Assembly (NCBI GenBank): GCA_013239625.1 | Contig: MU054338.1 | Coordinates: 2,218,968-2,282,967 of the forward strand | Source: Lama guanicoe | Taxonomy: Eukaryota | Length of the DNA: 64,000 nt | Direction: 5' to 3' | Shown here: positions 27,426 through 38,500 of the stretch, piece by piece | How the letters are laid out: each line of letters begins with the position of its first letter | How positions within the stretch are numbered: the first letter of the stretch is position 1 | Translations under genes and position numbers: made by a program | Notes under the pieces: model-generated | What the model was told of the DNA's origin: nothing | Database searches by the model: none | What the model saw: the letters and a program-made list of their open reading frames with translations, nothing else

Positions 27426-28136
27426 GAATGACCTCTCACGTTGTCCTTTCACCGCCACACCCGCAACCCGCCCTCATTAATGCAATATTTTAAAAAATCA
27501 AAATTAATGCCAAAAACTTGAACTTTTAAATGAAGACGGGATCCAGTCTTGCTTTTGCACAACTCACGTCTCTGGCCTTGCCCTAATCCCGGCCTTGTCA
27601 GATGCCGACTTTATTTGAAATAAAACAACCGAGTCAGATGGCAGGGATGGAATTTCCGTTCAGAGTGTTGGTTCACTTTCTTTTCTCCCTGCAGGGGTAT
27701 CAAGTTCTGTCTGAGACAAAAGGGAGAAGTATTATTAATTTGGACATTTTTCACATCATCAGAATTTTTTAAAAAGCTATAGTGCCTCTGAATTGTTTGA
27801 TTTGCATGCTACATTTTAGCTGGAATGCTGATACTCTTGGTTCAGGGAGAGGAGCGGTAAATATTAGACACGTGTTTACTGAATCTGGTACTGCGTCTGA
27901 GGAAGGGGATAAATCAGACCTAGTCTGGAGGGGCAGATGTTCAAATAAAAATTTCTTCATTTCGAATTTATTGAACTCCTGCTCTGTGCCTGGCACGGCT
28001 CTGGGCTTTCTTTGTCCAGTAGAATTTTCTACCACATATATATTCTGTTTACATAATTCAATGTGGTAGCTACTAGCCAGATGTGGCTATGAATCATTTG
28101 TGATGTGACCAGTGCAACCAGAGAACTGAATTTTTA

Positions 28137-30575
28137 TTTAATTTTTAATTCTAGATTGTTACTGAAGTGTAGTCGAATTATAATGTTGGTTTCTTTTTTT
28201 TAATTATTTAAGTTTTTTGGGGGGGAAGAAGGTAATCGAGATTTTTTATTTTGGGAGGAGGCACTGGGGATTGAACCGAGGACCTCGTGCACGCCAAGCA
28301 TGCGCTCTGCCACTGAGCTATACCCTTCCCCCTATAGTGTTAGTTTCATGTGTACAGCACAGTGATTCAGTTATACTGAACACATTTTTTTAGATTCTTT
28401 TTTATTACAGCTCATTACAAGAAATTGAACATAGTTCACTGTGTTGTACAGTAGGTTCTTGTTGTTTATCTATTGTATATATTTTATATATAGTAATGTG
28501 TATCTATTACAGAAGTGAAAATTTTTTAATTGAAGTATAGTTGATTTAAAATATGCTAGTTTCAGGTGTATAGCAAAGTTACACAGTTACACATATATAT
28601 GTATGTATCTAAATTGTTTTTTCTTATTCTTTTCGATTGTAGGTTATAGCAAGATTTTGAATCTAGTTCCCTGTGCATTACAGTAGGACCTAGTTGCTTA
28701 TCTATTTTATATGCAGTAGTGTGTATCTGTTAATCCCATACTCCTAACTTACCCCCCCCTTCCCCTTTGGTAACCGTAAGTTTGTTTTCTATGTCTGTGA
28801 GTCTGTTTCTGTTTTATAAATAAGTTCATTTGTGTCATTTTTAAGATTCCACATATAAGTGATATCACATATTTGTCTTTGTCTGATTTACTTCACTTCA
28901 TATGACAATCTCCAGGTCCATCTATGGTGCTGTAAATGGCATTATTTCATTCCCTTTTATGGCTGAGTAGTGTTCCATCGTATACATACACCACAGCTTC
29001 TTTATCCAGTCATCTGTCGATGGACATTTAGGTTGCTTCCATGTTTTTGTTGCTAATGCATAGCCTCTGTTCCCTGCTTATTGAACTGAGACTCGAGGAC
29101 AGGGTTTTGGATGAAGTAGAAAAGGCAGCTTTATTTCTTTGCAGACAAAGGAGGTAACAGTGGGCTAATGCCCCTAAGGCTGTGAGCCTGCTGGGACGAG
29201 AAAGTAGGGAGTTTTATAGTAAAAGTCCAGAAGTTCAGGGGAGAGCTGTTTCCATAGAGATCACAATGCCGGGTAACAGTTGTTGCAAAGCTGTTCTTGT
29301 TTTTGCAGATGCAGGTCCCCCAGGTTTTTGCAGAAAGGTGTCCCCTTCCCTCTGCTGGGTATGAAGTTCATCTCTGGCTTTTGGACTCTTTTAATAGTCT
29401 TGTGCCTGGAACAAAGAGCGCTTAGGAAGGGGTCTGTAGAAAAGTACTCTAGAGAAAAACTTGTGCAGTTTAAAGTTGGGTGGATAAATGCCTCCAGCAT
29501 TTTAGGCAGGCTGAGTCCTGGGACCTCTTGCTGCAGCCTGAGACCTGCACCTGGAACAACAGAATACAAAGAAACTATAAGGGGCTAAAAATAACAGCAG
29601 ATGAGCAGTTGGGCAAGTTATGAACAAGATGCACAAAACACCCAACTGCTGTTTCTGAGGTGCCTTGGGCAAGAGGAGGGCACTGGGTTCAAGAGCAGGG
29701 CACTGAGGGCAAGAGCAGGGCACTGAGCATGTTCCCTGCACACAGCACCATGAGGGGGTTGGGCAGGCCACCCAAGCCACCTTCTTTCCAGCAAGAGCAT
29801 GAGGAAAAACAAAAAACCTTTAAACTATTATTCACTTCAGCAGTTACAAACACCATTACAAATATTAGATGATCACAGATAACAGTAGGGTCCTGCTTGG
29901 TTACATCTTGGCAGTTGGAAATAGTTCTGCTATGAACACTGGGGTGAATGTATCTTTTTTAATTAGAGCTTTCCTCTTATCTGGAACTATGACCAGGAGT
30001 AGGACTGCTGGATCATATGGTACGTCTATTTTTAGTTTTTAAGGAACCTCCATACTGTCCCCCATAGTGGCTGCACCAATTTACATTCCCACCAACAGTG
30101 TAGGAGAATTCTCTTTTCTCCACACCCTCTTCAGCATTTATTATTTGTAGACTTTGATGATGGCCATTCTGATCAGTGTGAGGTAATACCTCATTGTAGC
30201 TTTGATTTGCGTTTCTCTGATAATTAGTGATATTGAGCATATTTTTATGTGCCTGTTGGACATCTGTATGTCTTCTTTGGAGAAATGTCTGTTTAGGTCT
30301 TCTGCCCATTTTTTTTTGGATTGTTTTTTGTTATTGAGTTGTATGAGCTGTTTGTGTATTTTGGAAATTAAGTCCTTGTCAGTCTCATCATTTGCAAGTA
30401 TTTTCCCTCAGTCCATAGGTTGTCTTCTCATTTTGTTTATGGTTTCCTTTGCTGTGCAAAAGCTTGTAACTTTAATGAGGTCCTTCTTGGTTTTTTGGCT
30501 TCTATTTCTTTTGCCTTGGGAGAAAACATTGCTATGATACATGTCAGAGAATATATCTAATTTTGCCCCCTGTGC
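28137..30575 (-). mobile_element. Composite L1 3' insertion (with nested SINE about 28215-28332 and a solo LTR) inside a hAT-Charlie/MER33-like DNA element
   Basis: L1 3' UTR and ORF2-end text, flanked by direct repeat agaactgaattttta at 28122-28136 and 30576-30590. MER3/MER33-like text on both sides (about 28010-28136 and 30590-31010). Confidence 0.75.
29048..29905. mobile_element. Solo LTR-like insertion (TG...CA) interrupting L1, with an internal 20-bp tandem repeat x3 at 29671-29727
   Basis: Begins TGTTGCTAATG and ends GGTTACA. The L1 text ccatgt...tcttggcagttgg resumes on either side. Repeat unit aagagcagggcactgagggc. Confidence 0.6.
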
Positions 30576-31189
30576 AGAACTGAATTTTTAATTTAAAAAA
30601 ATTAAGTAATTTAAGTGGAAATAGAAAAATCTGATACTGCATTCAGCTATTGGAAGAACTTAAAGTATGCTTGGAGCACCAGGGGTAGGTGAATCTACTC
30701 TTTCAACTGTGCATTTTATACAATATACAGAGCAAGTATTTCCAATGAATATTAGCGCCCAAACTGAGATGGGCTGTGACTGTACAATACCCACTGGAGT
30801 TTAAGACTTAGTGTGTGTGCAGTAACATAAAAGGTCACATTGACAATTGTTGATTTTGATCGCACGTTGAAATGTAAATATTTTGGCATACCAAGTTAAT
30901 AAAATTTATTATTCAAATCAGTTACACTGATTTCTTCATACTTTTTTATACGGCTACTAGAAAATTTCACTTATGTGGCTCATGGTATGTTTCCATTGGA
31001 TGCTGCTGTTCGAGAGCCTGTAGTGGGTACAGAGTACACTGAAATCAGATAAATGTGTGTTTTTGTAATACATGTAATTTCATACCAGATAAGTGAATCC
31101 ATAGAAATCATGTACTCTGTGTTCCTTTCTTTCAAATCTTTGCTCAGATGTCATCTTTGCAGTAAGACTCTCCTTGATCATTGTATTTT

Positions 31190-31325
31190 TTGTTTACTTG
31201 TTTTAGGGGGTAGGTAATTAGATCTATTTATCATTATTATTTATTTAATGGAGGTACTGGGGATTGAACCCATGACCTCATGCATGCTAAGCATGCACTC
31301 TACCACTGAACTATACCCTCCCACC
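31190..31325 (-). mobile_element. tRNA-derived SINE
   Basis: ggaggtactggggattgaacccatgacctcatgcatgctaagcatgcactctaccactgaactataccctcccc; degenerate TSD tgatca(t/c)tgtattt. Confidence 0.85.
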
Positions 31326-31845
31326 TGATCACTGTATTTGAGACTGTAGCCCTCACTCTCCTTGTTTTGGTGTTCTCCATAATTCAGATCCAAGCAGACA
31401 GAATATTTTTTCATTGAGATATAATTCACATACTGTAATTCCATGGTTTTGAGTATATTCAAATTTGTGCAACCATCATCACATCCATTTTAGAACACTC
31501 CATTCCTCCAGGAAGAAAGTCCCTAGCAGTCCTTCCTTCTTCCCAGCCCCTGGCAAACACTCATCTACTTTCTGTCTCTCTGGACGTGCCTGTTCTGGAC
31601 ATTTCATATCAATGGAATCACACACTATGTAGCCTTTTGTGTGTGGCTTTCAAGGTTCATTCACATTGCAACAGGTATCAGCACTTCATTTCTTTTTAAT
31701 GCCAGACAACATGCCATTATATGTATATACTACATTTTGTTTATTCATTCATCCATTGATGGACATTTGGATTGTTTGCACTTTTTGGCTATTATGGATA
31801 ATGCTGCTATGAACATTCACATACAAATTTCTATGTGGACACATG

Positions 31846-32296
31846 TGTTGACCCAAAACAATAAAACAGCCAGTTATTTTATCAGCAAAAATACAGTTAC
31901 TCCAAAACAGCAAAGAATTGCAATTTGGGACAACCTATGGTGAGCCACAAACAAGTCTGGAGAACAGAGGGGAGGAGACTCTTCAATAGAGGAGAAAGGG
32001 GAGTTGAGAGGGGCTGTTATAAACAAAGAGTCTTTTGGAGGTGACTGGGGGTTCAAGGTGTAGTGGTTTTTCACTGGCTCCATGGTGACAGTCTCTCATT
32101 GGCTGGGTTGTTGCCAGGCAAGGAGAAAGTCTTCCTTCCCTTGTTGTGTAATAAAGTAGTGACCTTCTTCCTGTTACAGATGCAGTTATGTTTCTTCCTG
32201 TTGAGTCTTCAACTGACTCAGTTGGGTAGGGCTTGGAGCTCCCCATTTTGGCTCCCTGACTCCATTTTAAATGAGGTTTCTGTTTATTAATTTACA
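31846..32296. mobile_element. Solo LTR-like insertion within an old L1 fragment (about 31400-32640)
   Basis: TGTTGACCC...TTTACA segment interrupts continuous L1M text (tgtggacacatg | gtaggtcttcaattctaggagtggaattgctagg). No clean TSD. Confidence 0.45.
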
Positions 32297-32899
32297 CGTA
32301 GGTCTTCAATTCTAGGAGTGGAATTGCTAGGTCATCTGGTAACTTTATGGGAACTGCCAGACTGTTTTCCACAGTGGCTTCTCCATTTTACAATCCCATG
32401 GGTAATATATAAGGGTTCCAGTTGCTCCACACCTTCTCAAGCAATTGTTATTTTCCTGGGGGTGAGGTGTTTAATTTTTATGATTATATTTGAAATCATA
32501 GCCATCTCACTAGGCTGCAGTCTGTGGTTTTGATTTGCATTTCTCCAGGGACTAAGGATGGTGAGACAGCATCCTTTCCTGAGTTTAGTGGCCATTCATT
32601 TATTTACTTTGGAGAAATGTTCACTTGGATCCCTTACCATTTTTTGAGCAAGGATTTTTATCTGTCTCGTTCCCTACTTGGAGGTTCTGAAGGAGCACTC
32701 AGGAGGAGTGCAATGTGTTTGTTGAATGACTGAATGAATGAATGAATTTCGGCAGGCCGTGGGTTTTGCACGACCCGCACAAGCACTTGTTGTGCGGCCC
32801 ACCTGCGCTAATCACGCGGTGTGGCTGCGTTACTGCTGTGAGTCCGCCCAGGGGTACCTGTTTCTTCTACTGCCCCTTTCTAAGAACCTCGCCCTAAAC

Positions 32900-33500
32900 T
32901 GAGAGGAGCCACTTCCCCATATTCCCGCGGAGCCGGATCCGCCAATCGGGTTCTGGCACGGTTGCCCCGGGTAACCCGTGGCGCCGCGCTTCCTGTATTG
33001 ATTCGAATCGCTGGCTGCGTCACGTCCTCCCGAGATGCCCGAGGCGCGCAGGCGCAGCCGCGTGGGTGGGCGGGGCGGGGCGGGGCGGCGGCCCGCAGCA
33101 TAAGGAGCGCGGAGCCCGGGATCCCGTCAGCGGCGGCCGCGGCCGGACGCGGCGGAGCTGCGCGCAGCGGGGGCGGGCGCGGCGCGGCGCCGGGAGAGGC
33201 GGGGCCGGCGGAGCCAGCGGGCGACGGGAGCGAGCCAGGTGAGGCGCCCGAGGTCTGGGGACCCGCCCCCTGGACCCGAGCCGCGACCCCTGAGCCGGGC
33301 CGGGCCTCCCCGGGGCCCCTGAAACCGAACCAGCAACCCAGCTTGGCACCCCCAAGCTCGGGCCCCGACAGGAGCCGGCCGGACCCCCGAACGCCGCCCC
33401 ACAAGCCGAGTAAGGCCCGGGTGACCTCAGCATCCCACCTCCCGTCTTGACCCCCACGTCCGAGCCTCCCCCCAGACCAGGCCCTGCGTGACCTCTCCAG
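32900..33500 (+). promoter_or_regulatory. FZR1 CpG-island promoter and non-coding exon 1 (donor after 33238)
   Basis: Very high CpG/GC content. E2F-like TTCCCGCG 32922-32929, CCAAT 32942-32946, X-box-like GTTGCCCCGGGTAAC 32961-32975, TTCGAA 33002-33007, GC boxes about 33068-33088, donor CAG|GTGAGG at 33238. Confidence 0.75.
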
Positions 33501-35369
33501 CTCGAGCCACTTGCAGGCTGCGACCTCCCCAGGCGGTCAGCGTCCCTGTCCTTTAATAAACAGCAGGTCGAGCTCTGACCCCCCCCACGGGGGCCTCCCC
33601 ACTCCGCCCCCCAGAACAGCGGGCCGACGCCCTCATCTGTGCTCCTCATCGCTGGCCTGTCAAACCCGGGTCTCCCAAGTTCGGACCATCGCAGCTCGGG
33701 CCCTGCCCGAATTGAGACTGCCTCCCGCCCAGAGCTGTCACGACTCCCCCAGTCTTGAGCAAGCTCCCGCCCCCCGCGCGGATAAGACACAGTCTGAGCT
33801 TTGTGGACCCTGGCGCAGCCAGGCTGAGGTGCGGAGACCCTGTCCGTCTGGACTCCCCATTGTACTCACCGCGCCCCTCCGCTCCTGGCACACAGAAGCA
33901 CTTAGGCGACGAGTTTTGAATACATAAGTGTCCCCCTGGCTCCCAGCCCTTCTAGTTTCTGCTCCCCAACCCTCACAGCTGGACCCGTTCTGGCCGTGAC
34001 CCACCCATAATCAGGCTCTCCCGTCTTGGCACTGACCCCACCAAAATCTGAGACAGCCGCCTTCCAGTGTGCGACCATGCTGTGTCTTCCTCCAAGTACA
34101 AGCCTGGCCACCCCGGATCCCCCAAGTGTGGCACATTCACCTCGGCACAGCCATTTTCCCCAGCTAAAAACTGATTCTCACCATCCCCCTGCCCCGCCGC
34201 CCCCCCACCGTCTAGACCTGCCCCAGCTCAAAGCCTGAGTCCCACTGTTGTGCAGATACCCGGCCTACACCAGTTTTATTTTTCCTTGTTCTCTTTCCCC
34301 TAAAATCATCCCTTCTTTCAGGGTGTCTGTCAGACCGGGAACTAGATTTCCCCCTCCCCGCCCCCACCCTAGTCCACTGAGCGATGACCTCATGCCTCAC
34401 GCTGGTGAGGCTGCACCCCACCAGCCGCCGGTCACCTCTTACCATACTTTGAGCAAGAGCACTTTACTAAAGAAAAATGATCCGCCCAGTCCTTACGCAG
34501 CCGTCCCCTGCCACATCTACCCTCCAGATCAGAGACAGGTGGGAGGGTCTTTAAAATGAACAAGGTTGGCTGTTCTCTCCTGGAGATGGGGGCGGGATTT
34601 GCAGCCTGGAAGCTGAGGAGATCCTGGAAGAGCCGTGGGTGGTGGGACAGTCCCCAGAGTGGTGCATGTCCCCCCTAGAGCACTGCATGTCCACTAGGCC
34701 GAATGTCTTGTGGGCCGTCGTGGCCTTTGACGTCGAAGGCCCCTCCTGTTTTGGCTGTGCTGGGCTGGTGTTTCTTCAGAACTCAAGAGGGGAGGCAGGT
34801 GTGCTGGCCTCCTTCTGGTGCTTTGCATACCAAATATGGTTGGATTGCTCCAAGAGGGTTGTGTTAAGGGTACAGGATCTTCCCCTCAAAAAACTGGGGC
34901 TCGGGTCCTTGGACAGCTCTGGGCTCAAAGGACAGTTGCTTTGCCATGGTCGGGGCTGCGTCTCACGTGACTATGCTGGCCCACTTGCTGCCACAACTGT
35001 TTCCCAGGAAGATCTCGGGGTCTGGGCCCTGCTGAGGGTGTCTGTCTGGGACTGGGCAAGGGGACCTGCAAGGCTGATGAGTCGTCACAAGTGGGTCCTC
35101 AGTTCTAACAGGAGGCCTCCCGCCAGTGATATTTACTGGGGCCTCTGGCCGGGCAGGCTTTGTATACCCGGGACTTCTGGGTTTGGGGAGACCTAGAGTG
35201 AGGGTTGGTTGTGGAGACCTTTGGCTCAGTGTCACTGAGAGGGACAAGGATCCGAAGCTATTCCATCTGGAGGGCTGACCCTCAGGATTCCTGGCTAGCG
35301 CCGAGGTCAGTGCACTTGGTCTTTAAGAAACCAGCCAGCTCGCAGCACTCTTGTAATTATTCTCTTCTG

Positions 35370-35520
35370 AGCAGAGGTTCTCAACCCGGGACGCTGGTGG
35401 TGTCTGGGGGCACCTGGCATCGAGTGGATGTGGCCTGGGAGGCTGCTCCACAACCCCTGGTGCCCAGAACTGTCCTCCGCAAAGAACGGTCTGGCCCTGA
35501 ATGTCGTCAGTGCTGAGGGC
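35370..35520 (+). mobile_element. MER20-like hAT DNA transposon remnant
   Basis: cagaggttctcaacccggg...ctggcatcgagtgg...aaagaacggtctggccctgaatgtcgtcagtgctgagg. Similar remnants at about 37465-37590 and 40730-40890. Confidence 0.55.
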
Positions 35521-38500
35521 ACAGATCTGGACCAGAGTCCAGATCATGAGGCCTGTGAGTGCAGGGACTCTGTCCCCGGAGCCTGCGTGGTGCCTGTGCG
35601 GCTGAAGCTGGAGGCTGCTGGCTTGAGTCAGTGCTGGGGGCTGGCCCAGGGAGCTGGCAGCCTGTGGAACTGGGAAGGGAGTATTTGGCCACCCCTTTTC
35701 TTCCCCAAGAGCTCCCTGTCGTCTGGCTTCTGCTCCATCCCAGGCCCCAGTGGCTTCTGGCCTGTCATTGCCACTGGTCATGGCCCTGCCCACCCTTCCC
35801 TGGCCTCCCCGAGACTTTGGCTGCTGTGTGGCCTGCCTGATGCAGTCAGGGTTGGGTGTTTGAGCACAAGGCCCCCCAGTGTGGCACTGACAGTCTCGAC
35901 CTGACATTGTGCCCAGCCGTGTGTCCTGTGTCTTTGGCAAGTGACTCCTTTATCCTACCCCAGTGTCATCAGGTGTGAACGGAACGAGAGGATGCGCTGT
36001 GCCTCCTCTGGCCTGGCTCCAGTTTGTCATTCAACTGCTGTGCACTACAAAGCGTAGACGATGGAGTCGCCCTTCTGGCTTCTCGCACATCCCGTCTGTC
36101 CTTCAGTCTCCTCCACTGGCCCTTTCTAGTATAGTGTCTTATTTGTTTGTTTTTGTTGGTAACAGCTTTTTTCAGATGTAATCGTCATGCCCTACAATCC
36201 GCTCATTTAAATTATACAATTCCTTGGTTTTCTGTGTGTTTACAAGGTGTGTCTAGTTCCAGAGCATTTCCCCCACCTCAGAAAGCAGCCCTGTCCCCGT
36301 TAGCAGTCACTCCCCATCCCCTGACCTCACAGCCCCTGGCAACCACGAACCCACTCTCTGTCTCTGTCAGTGTGCCTTTTCTGGACGTTTCTTATAAATG
36401 TAATCACACACCATGTGGCCTTTTGTGTCTGGCTTTTCTTTCTCTCTGAGCATCGTGTCTTAAAGTTTCATCCACACTGTAGGGTGTGTCATCCCTTTTT
36501 TGCAGCTGAATAATATTCCGTCGCGGGGATGGGCCACGGCGTGTTTGTCTGCTCATCGGTGGGCAGACCCTTGGGCTGCTGGCATCTTCTGCCTGTTGCG
36601 GACAGAGCTGCCAGGGGCAGTCGGGCGCGGGTTCTTGTGGGGTGACTCTCCTGTTGAATCTGGACTCAGATGCCCCTGCATGTGCTCCTTGGTGGCCTAC
36701 CCCTCACCTTTAGCTTCTTGTCCTCATCTGTTGCTGGTGCCCAAAGCTGGTTCCTGACTACAGGCCCACGTGGCCAGCAGCCAGTCAGTCCTCTCCTTGG
36801 TGTCCAGCAGCGAGTCCAGAAAAGGTTCTCTTTCCTCGGACCTGCCTGTCCCCCCTCCCGTGGGCCTCACTTGGGGCCCCTCCTCTCCTGCCGCCATCTC
36901 AGGACCACCTCCTTTCTCACCTGGACAAGCAGCACCATCTCTCTGGTCCCCGTGCTCCCTGCTACTCTGCTGGTCTCCACACTGCACCACCGTCGGCCCA
37001 CAAGTGCTCATCTCATCACGCCCTGTGCCCCATCCCTTTCCTGCCTCCCTGCCACCAGCCGCCCAGGGCACAGCCTGGGAAACTGCCATAGTGGCCTCCC
37101 CGCCTTTGCCTCTTCCTGCCCTCAGTGTGCTCCTTGCACCCTCGCCTGCCCAGATCGTTCCTTCCAGATCCCCCCGTGCTCTTCCCCGGATCAGAATGGA
37201 ACCACTGTGTTGTGACCCTGTTGTCCCTGTCAAGCATGACAGCCACTGAAGGAAGGGTCAGGCTGTATCTGTGCTGTGTCCCACAGTGAGGAGAGGCTGC
37301 TTGATGGAGGGGTGGAGGGGTGGTGGGAGCAGGGGGAGGGGCAGCCAGGTGGGTAGGATGTGTCTGTCTGTCTGTCTGCACTCACAGAAGAGTTGAGCAG
37401 CTGAGAGGTCAGTGCTGGTCTTTCTAGCCAGAGGGAAGCAGCTATTCCCCCCAAGGAGTCCCCTAAACCAGAGGATCTGCCCTGGAGGCAACATCTGGTG
37501 ACATTTGTGGTCATCAAGACTTGGGGGGGGGCATCAAGTAGGTGAGGCCAGGGATGCTTGCTGGCCCCCACAGTACCCAGGATGCCCCGGACTGAGAGTC
37601 AGCAGTGTGGGGTGGGAGAGGGCTGCCCTAGACGTACTAGGCTTTTCCTTCTGCCACCCCCACCTCGGACCCATGGGTGAGAACCACAATGAAGACAGAT
37701 TGAGGAAGCGCTCCCTGTGAGGGGTGAGCTCCCTGTCACTGTCCCTGCAGGTGTGCAGCGGACAGAGATGTGTGAGGTCTCTGGGCACCTGAGGGGACGT
37801 CCAGCCTTGAGAGTCAGGCCTCTGACGTGAGTCACAGCTACGATCACAGAAATGATCATGAGTCATCTGGTGTGATACCAGGTTCTTCGTTTGCGTGGGG
37901 TTTGCGTTCTTCGGGCTGCTGCAGACCGGATGCACTGGCGTCTGAACACTTCACCGGTCGGGCGGGAGCGGGTGCCCTGTGCTCGAGGTGGGGTGAGACA
38001 CTACGCCTCAGGCGCCCCTTCTGAGGCTCAGGGCAGCGGTCCCGTCCAGGGTGGGCGCCGCCTGCTACCAGCAGCGCGCCCTCGGGGGCGCTGGCGCGGA
38101 CAGAAGGAAAAGAGGTGTGCTGATGGGACTCTCCTCTGCTCCGGGAGGTGAGCCCGGGCACCAGAGCCCGGCCCCGGCCTCCACGCTCCCGCACCTGCCC
38201 ACGCGCAGCAGGGGCGGTGAGCTCAGCCAAGTGAATGAGTGAGAGGGATGCTCCTGAGGCCCCTGCCCCAGGGCTCCTAGAAACAGCTGGCCTCTGGTGG
38301 TGGCTCCCATCAGTCACTCGGGAGGGCAAGCTGTGTCCGCCTGTGCCTGGTGCAGCCCTTTCTGACACTGGCTGTTCTCAGCCTTGTCTTTTGCTGTCCT
38401 TAGGGTTAGGGGGCTGCTCGCTCGTTGTGTTCCCTCTGTGGGGTGAGACCACTGCCTCCAAAGGTCCCCTGCTGTGCCCCAGCTGTCCTGAGGCCAGGAG

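Noticed and set aside
29671..29727. 20-bp direct repeats as a possible CRISPR-like array
   Set aside because: Head-to-tail repeats with no spacers, inside a mammalian LTR.
32880..33927. Long Ala/Gly/Pro/Arg-rich ORFs on both strands
   Set aside because: Expected stop-codon depletion in the FZR1 CpG island; no coding signature.
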